Assembly (NCBI GenBank): GCA_963776925.1
Contig: CAVZON010000006.1
Coordinates: forward strand, 268,267 to 332,266
DNA length: 64,000 bases
Reading direction: 5' to 3'
Source: an uncultured Chloroflexia bacterium
GTDB taxonomy: Bacteria > Chloroflexota > Limnocylindria > Limnocylindrales > CSP1-4
Each line of letters starts with the position of its first letter. Position 1 is the stretch's first letter. The notes beneath the pieces are model-generated. The model did not search any database and was not told where the DNA came from. It worked only from the letters and a program-made list of their open reading frames with translations. Position numbers and translations under genes: made by a program. Shown here piece after piece: positions 53,704 through 64,000 of the stretch.

Positions 53704-54702
53704 ATGGCGAGTTATGTGATCCGGCGGATCATCCAGGCCATCCCGATCCTGTTCGGGATCTCCATCCTGATCTTCGGCATCGTCCAGCTCGCCCCGGGCA
53801 GTCCCGTCGATCGCTTCCGCGTGCCGCGGGTCCCGCCCGAGCAGATCGAGGCGCTCATCCGCCTGTACGGCCTGGACAAGCCGGTCGTCGAGCAGTACGT
53901 CGAGCTGGATCACCGCCTTCGTCCAGATCTGGCGGCCCGACGCCTGGGGCTTCTCGTTCATCGACGGTCGCCCGGTCCTCGGCAACGTCATGGAGCGGCT
54001 GCCGGCGACACTCCTGCTGATGGGCACCGCCCTGGTCGTCACGATCATCTTCAGCGTCCCGATCGGCATCATCGCCGCCGTCAAGCAGTACAGCTGGACG
54101 GACAAGATCATCACGACGTTCGCCACCATCGGCTACGCCATCCCGTCGTTCCTGCTCGGCATCTACGTCTGGTACCTGGGCGGGATCATCCTGCGCGACC
54201 TGACCGGCACCGCCTTCGGCGGCGAGGGCTTCGGCTTCCCGCTCTTCGGCCGGCAGAGCCTCGGTTCCGATGGCGACCCGATCGATCTCGCCTTCCACCT
54301 CGTCCTGCCGGTGACGGCGCTGGCCATCCAGTCGATCGCCGCCTTCTCGCGCTACCTGCGCGCGTCGATGCTCGACGTGATGCGCGCAGGACTACGTGCG
54401 GACGGCCAAGGCGAAGGGCGCGTCCAGCTCGCGGGTCATCGGCACGCCACGCCCTGCGCAACGCGCTCATCCCGCTCATCACGCTGATCGGCCTGTCGAT
54501 CCCGGGCCTGATCGCGGGAGCGGTCATCACCGAGTTCATCTTCAGCTACCCGGGCATCGGCCAGCTGACGATCACGGCCATCGGACAGAACGACTACCCG
54601 ACGATCTACGCCACGAGCATGCTGGTCGGTGTCTTCGTCATCCTCGGCAACCTGATTGCCGACATCCTCTACGGCGTGGTCGACCCACGCATCAAGTACT
54701 GA
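53704..54702 (+). CDS. Peptide ABC transporter permease (DppB/OppB-like; frameshifted)
   Basis: YVIRRIIQAIP, GLDKP, RLPATLLL, RTAKAKG, RNALIP, DILYGVVDPRI. Confidence 0.9.
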   Translation: MASYVIRRIIQAIPILFGISILIFGIVQLAPGSPVDRFRVPRVPPEQIEALIRLYGLDKPVVEQYVELDHRLRPDLAARRLGLLVHRRSPGPRQRHGAAAGDTPADGHRPGRHDHLQRPDRHHRRRQAVQLDGQDHHDVRHHRLRHPVVPARHLRLVPGRDHPARPDRHRLRRRGLRLPALRPAEPRFRWRPDRSRLPPRPAGDGAGHPVDRRLLALPARVDARRDARRTTCGRPRRRARPARGSSARHALRNALIPLITLIGLSIPGLIAGAVITEFIFSYPGIGQLTITAIGQNDYPTIYATSMLVGVFVILGNLIADILYGVVDPRIKY

Positions 54703-54712
54703 GAGGCGAGCG

Positions 54713-55638
54713 ATGAGCGTCGACGTCCGTGCCGGTCCCGGCACGCTGCCGCTCCCGAGCGAGATCGACGAGGTCGATCTCGTCCCGGTCCGAACCTATT
54801 GGCAGCTCGTTCGCCAGCGGTTCCTGCGGCACAGGCTCGCGGTCATCGCGACCGTCACGCTGACGATCCTCGTGGCCGTCGCGATCGTCGTCCCGATGGC
54901 GACCGGCGATGCCTACCGCACTTCGTCGCTGACCCTCATCGACGAGGGGCCCAGCCTGCAGGCGCCGCTCGGCTACAACGAGATCGGCCAGAACATCTTC
55001 CTGCGCCTGGCCAAGGCGACCCAGACATCGCTCATCGTCGGCTTCCTGGCGGTCATCCTGATCGGCCTCATCGGCGCCACGGTCGGGTCGCTCGCCGGCT
55101 ACTTCGGTGGCTGGGTGGACAACCTGCTGATGCGCATCGTCGACGTCGTCCTGTCGTTGCCGTACCTGGTCCTGGTCCTGCTCATCGTGTCGTTCTCGGG
55201 CATCCGCGACATCCGGGTGATCGTCCTCGCCTCGCCTTCGCCGGCTGGACGACCGCGGCCAGACTCGTCCGGGCGGAGTTCCTGCAGCTGCGGGAGACGG
55301 ACTTCGTGGCGGCCGCCAAGGCCCTCGGCGCGAGCCCGCGCCGGACGATCATGCGGCACATGCTGCCCGGCGCCATGGCCCCGCTCGTCGTCGCGCTGTC
55401 GCTCGGCGTGGCCGACGCGATCATCGGCGAGTCGGCCCTGTCGTTCCTCGGCTTCGGCATCGCCCCGCCGGAGATCAGCCTGGGCCAGATGCTCCAGAAC
55501 TTCCGCGAGTACTTCTACAGCAACTCGGAGCGGATCCTGTATCCGGCCCTGGTCCTCATCGCCATCGTGATGTCGGCGAGCTTCCTCGGTGACGGCCTTC
55601 GTGACGCCCTCGACCCGCGCCAGCGAGTCGAGAGTTGA
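54713..55638 (+). CDS. Peptide ABC transporter permease (DppC/OppC-like; frameshifted)
   Basis: [38 protein letters not shown]. Confidence 0.9.
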
Positions 55639-56771
55639 CCGGCGCCGCGACCACCCCGGCGGCCACCGAGCCGTCCGACAGCCAGCCCGGCAATCTCCTG
55701 GAGATCGCCGGGCTGCGGACGCACTTCTTCACCCAGGACGGCACGATCAAGGCCGTCGACGGGGTGTCGTTCGAGATCAAGTACGGGCAGACGCTCGGCG
55801 TGGTCGGGGAGTCCGGCTGCGGCAAGAGCATCACCGCGCTGTCCACGATGCGGCTCATCGAGCGGCCGGGCAGGACCATCGCCGGCGAGATCCGCTTGAG
55901 CGGGGAGGACCTGCTCACGAAGTCGCCCGAGCAGATGAGCGACATCCGCGGCAACGCCATCTCGATGATCTTCCAGGAGCCGATGACCTCGCTCAACCCG
56001 GTCTTCACCTGTGGCGACCAGATCGCCGAGGCCATCGCGCTGCACGACAAGGTCACCAAGAACCAGGCCTGGGACCGTGCCGTGTCGATGCTCGAGCAGG
56101 TCGGCATCGCCGACGCCAAGCGCCGGGCGAAGTCCTACCCGCACCAGCTGTCGGGTGGCATGCGCCAGCGGATCATGATCGCCATGGCCCTGTCGACGAA
56201 CCCGGAGCTGCTCATCGCCGACGAGCCGACGACCGCGCTCGACGTGACCATCCAGGCCCAGATCCTGGAGCTCATGAAGGCGCTCCGCGAGAAGAACAAG
56301 ATGGCCATCATGCTCATCACCCACGACCTCGGGGTCGTCGCGGAGATGGCCGACGAGGTCGTCGTGATGTACGCGGGCAAGGTCGTCGAGCGAGCCGACG
56401 TCGACACCATCTTCGCCAACCCGCATCACCCGTACACGCAGGGTCTGCTGGCCTCCATCCCGCGGCTCGGCGAGAAGCGCGAGCGGCTCGAGGTCATCCG
56501 CGGGATGGTCCCCAACCCGTTGAACCTGCCGCAGGGCTGCCTGTTCAAGCGCCGCTGCCCGTATGCGATGCCCATCTGCGATACACCGCCGCCGTTGCGC
56601 GACGTGTCGTCCGCCGACGTCGGCCTGGATGGCGCGCCCGAGCCGTCCGAGGCACCGGTGCGGCACGTGTCACGCTGCTGGCTGACGCCGGGTGGTGGCG
56701 CGCCGGAGCTCGGCGAGGATCCGCCGGTCGAGGCGGCCGTCGAGGCCGCGGCGAAGTTGACCGTCGAATGA
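55635..56771 (+). CDS. Peptide ABC transporter ATP-binding protein (DppD/OppD-like)
   Basis: [30 protein letters not shown]-terminal Cys cluster. Confidence 0.94.
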   Translation: MTGAATTPAATEPSDSQPGNLLEIAGLRTHFFTQDGTIKAVDGVSFEIKYGQTLGVVGESGCGKSITALSTMRLIERPGRTIAGEIRLSGEDLLTKSPEQMSDIRGNAISMIFQEPMTSLNPVFTCGDQIAEAIALHDKVTKNQAWDRAVSMLEQVGIADAKRRAKSYPHQLSGGMRQRIMIAMALSTNPELLIADEPTTALDVTIQAQILELMKALREKNKMAIMLITHDLGVVAEMADEVVVMYAGKVVERADVDTIFANPHHPYTQGLLASIPRLGEKRERLEVIRGMVPNPLNLPQGCLFKRRCPYAMPICDTPPPLRDVSSADVGLDGAPEPSEAPVRHVSRCWLTPGGGAPELGEDPPVEAAVEAAAKLTVE

Positions 56772-58042
56772 GCGAGGGATCGATGCCCGTGCCCCCCGAC
56801 GCCCCGTCGCCGACCCCGGTCGCCGCCCCGCCGCCCGCCGCACCGGCACCGGAGCCCGCGTCGGCGCCCGTCGCCGCGACCGCCCCAGCCTCGGACGTGC
56901 TCATCAGCGTCAGCGACCTCGTGAAGCACTTCGAGATCCGCGGCGGCATGCTCGGCGTCTCGAAGATCGGCGCCGTGCGCGCGGTCGACGGCGTGAGCTT
57001 CGACGTGCGCCAGGGCGAGACACTCGGCCTCGTCGGCGAGTCGGGCTGCGGCAAGACGACGCTCGGCAAGGTCCTGCTCCGCCTCCTCGAGCCGACGTCC
57101 GGATCGGTCCGGTTCAAGGGCGAGACGATCTTCGACATCCCGCCGCAGGGGTCCAAGGGCAAGGGCAAGGGCCAGCGCGCGTCGAACAAGCGGATGAAGA
57201 CGATGCGGCGCGACATGCAGGTCGTGTTCCAGGACCCGTATGCCAGCCTCAACCCGCGCATGTCGGTCGGCGAGATCATCGGCGAGGGGCCGCTCGTCCA
57301 TGGCATGAAGGACAAGGCCAAGCGCGAGGCGCTCGTGCGCGAGCTGCTCGGCAAGGTCGGCCTGAACCAGAGCCACATCCACCGCTACCCGCACGAGTTC
57401 AGCGGCGGCCAGCGCCAGCGCATCGGCATCGCCCGGGCGCTCGCGCTCAACCCCGACTTCATCGTCTGCGATGAGCCCGTGTCCGCCCTGGACGTGTCGA
57501 TCCAGAGTCAGGTGCTCAACCTGCTCGACGACCTCCAGAAGGAATTCGGGCTGACGTACCTGTTCATCGCCCACAACCTGGCCGTCGTCGAGCACATCAG
57601 CGACCGCGTCGGCGTGATGTACCTCGGCAAGATGGTCGAGATGGCCGACGTCGACACGCTGTACCGCGATCCGCGCCACCCGTACACCGTGGCGCTCCTG
57701 TCGGCGATCCCGAACCCGAGCCCGCGCATCAAGAAGAAGCGCCTCGTGCTCAAGGGCGACATCCCGTCGCCGGCCGCGCCACCGTCGGGCTGCCGCTTCC
57801 ACACGCGCTGCTGGCTGCGCGAGCGGCTGGGCAACCCGGAGCGCTGCGAGACCGAGGAGCCGGTGTTCCGCGACTTCAAGCCGCGCCACCAGGTCGCCTG
57901 CCACTACGCCGAGGAGATGAACACCGTCGGCGGCGAGGTCAAGGCGGCCATCGGCCTGGACATCAGCGAGGCCGGCGCGGAAGCCATCCCGGCGGCCCAT
58001 GACCCGATCTCGACCGACCCGTCGGAGATCGCGCCCGCCTGA
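56768..58042 (+). CDS. Peptide ABC transporter ATP-binding protein (DppF/OppF-like)
   Basis: [33 protein letters not shown]. Confidence 0.94.
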   Translation: MSEGSMPVPPDAPSPTPVAAPPPAAPAPEPASAPVAATAPASDVLISVSDLVKHFEIRGGMLGVSKIGAVRAVDGVSFDVRQGETLGLVGESGCGKTTLGKVLLRLLEPTSGSVRFKGETIFDIPPQGSKGKGKGQRASNKRMKTMRRDMQVVFQDPYASLNPRMSVGEIIGEGPLVHGMKDKAKREALVRELLGKVGLNQSHIHRYPHEFSGGQRQRIGIARALALNPDFIVCDEPVSALDVSIQSQVLNLLDDLQKEFGLTYLFIAHNLAVVEHISDRVGVMYLGKMVEMADVDTLYRDPRHPYTVALLSAIPNPSPRIKKKRLVLKGDIPSPAAPPSGCRFHTRCWLRERLGNPERCETEEPVFRDFKPRHQVACHYAEEMNTVGGEVKAAIGLDISEAGAEAIPAAHDPISTDPSEIAPA

Positions 58043-58095
58043 TCGGGACCGGGTCGCGCCGATCGACGCGACCCGCTCAGTCCGCTGTCAGCGCG

Positions 58096-58491
58096 TCAGG
58101 ACCCGATGCGATCGATCTGGACCGTCCAGGTCGTGCACGCCGGGTCGAGCTGGGCGACCGTGTAGGTGTCCTCCGGGACGTCGGAGATGATGGCGCTGAA
58201 CTTCTTCTGCAGCGTCTTCTTGTCGTACAGGAAGCCCTGCGTCGCACCGGTCATCGTGAAGTTGACGCTCGGGCACTCCGACGCATCCCAGCCGAACTTG
58301 TAGCGCCCGGGCTGGAGCTGGAACGGGACGGCCGCTTCCGTCGAGGCGATGGTGATCTGCTCCTGGGCGGGGCGGGCACTCACCGCGGCGCCGCCGTCCG
58401 GTGCGGCGGGGTCGCCACCCCCGCAGGCTGCCAGCAGCAGGAAGGAGGCAGTCAGGCCGGTCGCAGCGGCCTGGCGGAGCGGTAGACGCAT
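58096..58491 (-). CDS. Hypothetical lipoprotein
   Basis: Signal with LAAC lipobox; beta-rich C-domain with two Cys; SD-like gaaaggga. Confidence 0.75.
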   Translation of the reverse strand: MRLPLRQAAATGLTASFLLLAACGGGDPAAPDGGAAVSARPAQEQITIASTEAAVPFQLQPGRYKFGWDASECPSVNFTMTGATQGFLYDKKTLQKKFSAIISDVPEDTYTVAQLDPACTTWTVQIDRIGS

Positions 58492-58512
58492 GGGGTGTCC
58501 CTTTCGGTGGCG

Positions 58513-59693
58513 TCAGGCGGGAGGTGGGCTCGCGGGTGGCACCGGGGTCGCTGGGGACGCGGGGGTCGCGGTGTCGGCCGGAGTGGCGGGGGCGGCAGGG
58601 GCGGCCTGGGGCGCAGGGTCCAGGCCAGGGATGGGGACGGACGGACCATCATGGTCCGCCGGCGTCCGGAAGTGGCAGGCACACAGGTGTCCGCCGCCGA
58701 GGTCGAGCAGGGCCGGTGTCTCCGCCGCGCAGATGGCGGGGTCACCGAGCGACGCCCGCAGCGGGCAGCGGGGATGGAAACGGCAGCCGGTCGGCGGGTT
58801 CATCGGGCTCGGCACGTCGCCGGTCAGGATGACCCGCTTCCGGCGCTGCTCCGGGTCGGGCACCGGGATGGCCGACATGAGGGCCGACGTGTACGGGTGA
58901 TCCTGGCGGCGGAACAGGTCGTCCCGGCTCGCCAGCTCGGCGATCCGACCGAGGTACATCACCGCGACCCGGTCGCTGATGTGCTCGACGACGCCCATGT
59001 TGTGGGCGACGAACACGTAGGTCAGCCCGAGCTCGCGCTGGAGGTTCTTGAGCAGGTTGAGCACCTGCGCCTGGATCGAGACGTCGAGCGCGGACACGGG
59101 CTCGTCGCAGACCACGAGATCCGGCTCGAGGACGAGCGCCCGGGCGATGCCGATGCGCTGGCGCTGGCCGCCGCTGAACTCGTGCGGGTAGCGGCGCATG
59201 TGGTACGGCTGGAGGCCGACCATGTCCATCATCCGCTGGACCTTGGCTCGTTGCTCGGCGGGGGTCCCCAGGCCGTGGATGCGCAGGCCCTCCCCGATGC
59301 TGTCGCCGATCGGCGTGCGCGGGTCCAGGCTGGAGTAGGGGTCCTGGAAGATGATCTGGATCCGGCGGCGGTAGGGCTTGAGCGCCGCCCCATTGATCGC
59401 CGTCAGGTCCGTGCCATCGAAGGTGATCGTGCCCGAGGTCGGTTCGATGAGCCGCAGGAGCAGCCGTCCGACCGTCGTCTTGCCACAGCCCGACTCGCCG
59501 ACGAGCCCGAGCGTCTCGCCGCGGCGGATATCGAAGCTCACCCCGTCGACGGCCTGCACGTAGCCGACGGTGCGCTGCAGGATGCCGCCGTGGACCGGGA
59601 AGTGCTTGACCAGGTCCTTGACCTCCACCAGCGGCCGTTCGCCCACACCGGCGGCCGTGGACGCGTCAGCGGCCGGCTGCACCGCGACGGCGG

Positions 59694-59697
<4 letters not shown>
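58513..59697 (-). CDS. Peptide ABC transporter ATP-binding protein (DppF-like)
   Basis: [33 protein letters not shown]. Confidence 0.94.
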
Positions 59698-60870
<1,173 letters not shown>

Positions 60871-60874
<4 letters not shown>

Positions 60875-61814
60875 CGATTGAGCCTCGGGTCGAGCGCATC
60901 GCGCAGCCCGTCGCCGATGAGGTTGAACGACAGGACGGCGAGGGTGATGGCCACGCCCGGGAAGAAGATCAGGTGCGGCGCCGAGAAGAACAGGTTGCGA
61001 TCGTTGGCGATCATCGCGCCCCATTCGGCCGTCGGCGGTGAGGCGCCCAGTCCGACGAACGACAGGGCGGCGACCTCGAGGATCGCCCCGCCGATGCCGA
61101 GCGTGCCCTGCACGATGAGCGGGGTCAGGGCGTTGGGCATGATGCGCCGGGTCAGCACGCCCGTCCGCGACTCACCGAGCGCTTGCGACGCGACGACGAA
61201 GTCGGTCTCCCGGACGGACAGGACCGAGGCACGCGTGACCCGGGCATAGATCGGGATCGACACGATGGCGATGGCGATCATGCCGTTGATCAGGCCGGAC
61301 CCCAGCACGGTGACGATGGCGATGGCCAGGATCAGGCTCGGGAACGACAGGACGACGTCCATGATCCGCATGAGCACGTTGTCCGTTCGCCCGAAGAACC
61401 CGGCGATCGCCCCGATGAACGTCCCGATGAGGATGGCGATGCCGACCGTGACGAACCCGATCGAGCAGCGAGACGCGCGAGCCGTGGACGACCCGGCTGA
61501 ACTCGTCGCGGATGTTCGAGTCGAGGCCCATGAGGTGCTGCGGCTGGTCGGCCGGGCAGCCCAGCAGGTGGATGCACGGCGGGGCGCCACGCTCGCCCGG
61601 CAGGCCGTACTCGAGCATCGACGTGTTCGGGTCGAACGGGGCGATGAGCGGGGCGAAGACGGCGACGAAGACGAGGACGCCAAGGATGACCAGGCCGATG
61701 ACCGCTGAGCGCTGGCGCAGGACGTTGCGCAGCGTGTCCTTGCGCAGCGACGTGGCCGGCGCCGCGGCGAGGGCGTCGACGGTCGCGTCGAGCGGACGGT
61801 TGGGCGAGGCTCAT
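60871..61814 (-). CDS. Peptide ABC transporter permease (DppC-like; frameshift near 61465)
   Basis: [39 protein letters not shown]. Confidence 0.92.
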
Positions 61815-61824
61815 CGGGTGCCCG

Positions 61825-62902
61825 TCATCCCAGTCGGATCCGTGGATCCATGAACGCGTACGACACGTCGACGATGAGGTTCACCATGAGGTAGGTGATG
61901 GCGACGATGAGGGTCACGCCCTGGATGACGATGTAGTCGCGGCCGCTGATGGCGTCGAACAGGGTCTTGCCCATCCCGGTCAGGTTGAAGATCGTCTCGG
62001 TCAGGATCGCGCCGGACAGGAACGCCCCCAGGCTCAGGCCGATGACGGTGACGACCGGGAGCAGGGCGTTGCGCATGCCGTGCCGCACGACGACCGACTG
62101 CTCCTTGAGGCCCTTGGCCCGGGCCGTCCGCACGTAGTCCAGGCCGAGCACCTCGAGCAGGCTCGAGCGGGTCATCCGGGCGATGATCGCGAGCGGGATC
62201 GTGCCGACGGCGATGGCCGGCAGGATGAGGTGCTTGGACACGTCGATGAAGTCGGACCACTGCATGGTCACGAGCGTGTTGAAGATGTACAGGTTCGACA
62301 CGAAGTCGAGCATCGCCCTCGGTGGCCCAGTCAGCCACTCGAGGCCCCAGACCACGGCCAGCGACTCGATGGTCACGCCGGGCGAGATGCGGCCTGATGG
62401 AGGGAGCGCGAACGGGGTGTCCTTGAGCAGGACGGCGAACACGAAGGCCAGGAACAGGCCGAGCACGAAGACCGGGGTCGACACGCCGAGGTTGGCCACG
62501 ACCATCGTGCCCACGTCGACCGACGAGTTGCGCCGGGTCGCGGACAGGAGGCCCGAGCGTCACCCCGAAGACGGTGGCGAACGCGAGCGCGACGACGGTC
62601 AGCTCGACCGTGACCGGCAGGCGCTCGAGCAGGATGTCGGTGACCGGTCGGCCGTAGCGGATCGAGCTGCCCAGGTCGCCCTGGAGCAGCGCGCCGAGGT
62701 AGATGAGGAACTGCTCCCAGATCGGCTTGTCGAGGCCGTAGCGGACCTCGAACGCGGCGCAGACCTCGGGGGTCGCCTTCTCGCCGTACGTCGCCGTACA
62801 CGGGTCGCCGGGGATGACCCGCGCGAGCACGAACACGAGGAACACGATCCCGAGCAGGACCGGGATGCTGTAGAGCAGGCGGCGGATGATGAAGCGCGTC
62901 AT
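61825..62902 (-). CDS. Peptide ABC transporter permease (DppB-like; frameshift near 62550)
   Basis: FIIRRLL, GLDKP, GDLGSS, DYVRTARAKG, DPRIR. Confidence 0.92.
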
Positions 62903-62963
62903 CCGGGTGGGTCGCCCCTCGAACGAAGGCCAGGCCGTGGACCGGTGGTCCGCGGCGGATGTT

Positions 62964-62998
62964 CACGAAGGGCGCCGCCGGTGGCGGCGCCCTTCGTG
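62964..62998 (-). terminator. 16-bp hairpin after the SBP gene (terminator or mRNA stabiliser)
   Basis: cacgaagggcgccgcc-ggt-ggcggcgcccttcgtg. Confidence 0.6.
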
Positions 62999-63017
62999 GG
63001 TCGTGACGGGTGGGAGC

Positions 63018-64000
63018 CTACCCCTCGGGGGCCGGCGGCGGCGGGTTCAGGAACCCACCGAACAGGCCTGGGAAGTAGGTGAACGAGTTGTCCCGGCCCT
63101 TGTGCAGGGCATGCTCGGCATCCCACTGCGACGCGTAGCTCAGGACGACGTCGTTCGCATCGAGCGTCGCACCATCGTGGTACGTGACGCCCGAGCGGAG
63201 CGTGCACGTCCAGGTGGTCAGCTCGGTGTTCGGCTCGCAGACCTCGGCGAGTGCCGGGATCGCCGCGGTGCCAGCGATCTCGTAGGCGTAGAGCGCCTCG
63301 GTCATCTGCTCGCACACGCGCAGGGCCTCACCGTCGGACTCGTCCGCGCAGTAGAGGCCGGGCGGCTCGCCGTTCTGCATCCAGACCATCTGGGTGCGGT
63401 CACCGGGCGTCATCGACGCGAAGTGCTCGTTGCCGAGCGGCGACGAGTGGGCGTCGGCGACGTCGGCGCGATACGCGACGGCGGAACCGCCGTGCGCGAC
63501 CGGCACCATCGGGACGTGGGTCTTGATGGCGTTGTTGGCCTCGACGTACGACGGGGCTCGCGCCTCGTCGGTGAGGCCGGCGCCACCGGCGGTCAGCGGC
63601 GTGGTGATGTCATCGAACTTGTCACCGAACTGCTTCGAGGACCCGGTCCCGAAGTGGAAGTCGAGGAAGTTCGTGGCATCCGGATAGTCAGCGCCCCACC
63701 CGAGGAGGTGGAGGCCCTGGAGCAGGCCGCCATCGGCGTTGTCCAGGAAGGTCCCGGACTCCTGCTCCTCGATGGTCACGTCGATGCCCAGGTTGGCCTT
63801 GAGCTGTGCCTGGATGTCCTGCGCCACGACGAGCGGATCCGGCAGGTAGCCGCGCACGACGTTGCGGTAGTTCAGGACGGTGGCGAAGCCATCGGGGAAG
63901 CCCGCCTCGGCGAGCAGCGCCTTGGCCGCCGCCGGGTCGAACTCGTACCACGCATCGCCGGCGCAGCCGTTGGCGATGGCGCACGGCGTGAAGTGGCTGG
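63018..64000 (-). CDS. Dipeptide ABC substrate-binding protein (DppA-like; 5' end beyond the window)
   Basis: YRNVVRGYLPDP, GWGADYPD..NFL; C-terminal part LRSGVTYHDGATLDANDV. Confidence 0.88.
   Translation of the reverse strand, partial: SHFTPCAIANGCAGDAWYEFDPAAAKALLAEAGFPDGFATVLNYRNVVRGYLPDPLVVAQDIQAQLKANLGIDVTIEEQESGTFLDNADGGLLQGLHLLGWGADYPDATNFLDFHFGTGSSKQFGDKFDDITTPLTAGGAGLTDEARAPSYVEANNAIKTHVPMVPVAHGGSAVAYRADVADAHSSPLGNEHFASMTPGDRTQMVWMQNGEPPGLYCADESDGEALRVCEQMTEALYAYEIAGTAAIPALAEVCEPNTELTTWTCTLRSGVTYHDGATLDANDVVLSYASQWDAEHALHKGRDNSFTYFPGLFGGFLNPPPPAPEG

Overview
Very GC-rich bacterial chromosomal window, mostly core genes. Gene content and protein style suggest Chloroflexota, possibly Limnocylindria/Ellin6529-like (inference). 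In order: a TCA block (sucCD, an inserted ECF sigma/anti-sigma pair, icd-like, sdhCDAB), rnhA and RNase P RNA, several small orphan genes, a LysM protein, and a long dcw cluster (mraZ-rsmH-small ORF-ftsL-ftsI-murF-mraY-murD-ftsW-murG-murB-ddl-ftsQ-sbp-ftsA-yjbQ-ftsZ-yggS-yggT-DUF167; no murE, murC or sepF). Then tRNA-Val(CAC), an accessory block (DUF6325-like gene, repeat peptide, GH13_18 phosphorylase with sugar ABC transporter and LacI, esterase, Cys-motif adenylate cyclase, intradiol dioxygenase-like lipoprotein), acnA, a NUDIX-gcvTHPaPb operon and two convergent peptide ABC operons. Many genes are split by single-base indels, most likely long-read errors, so boundaries of frameshifted genes are approximate. 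Best leads: a candidate anti-Shine-Dalgarno sRNA next to a 125-nt fold-back element (41.8-42.0 kb), an unknown 65-aa gene inside the dcw cluster, a divergent Cys-rich protein/LysM pair with mirror-image promoters, recurrent leaderless-gene signatures, and two in-frame TAG junctions lacking canonical starts. No CRISPR array, integrase or transposase was seen.
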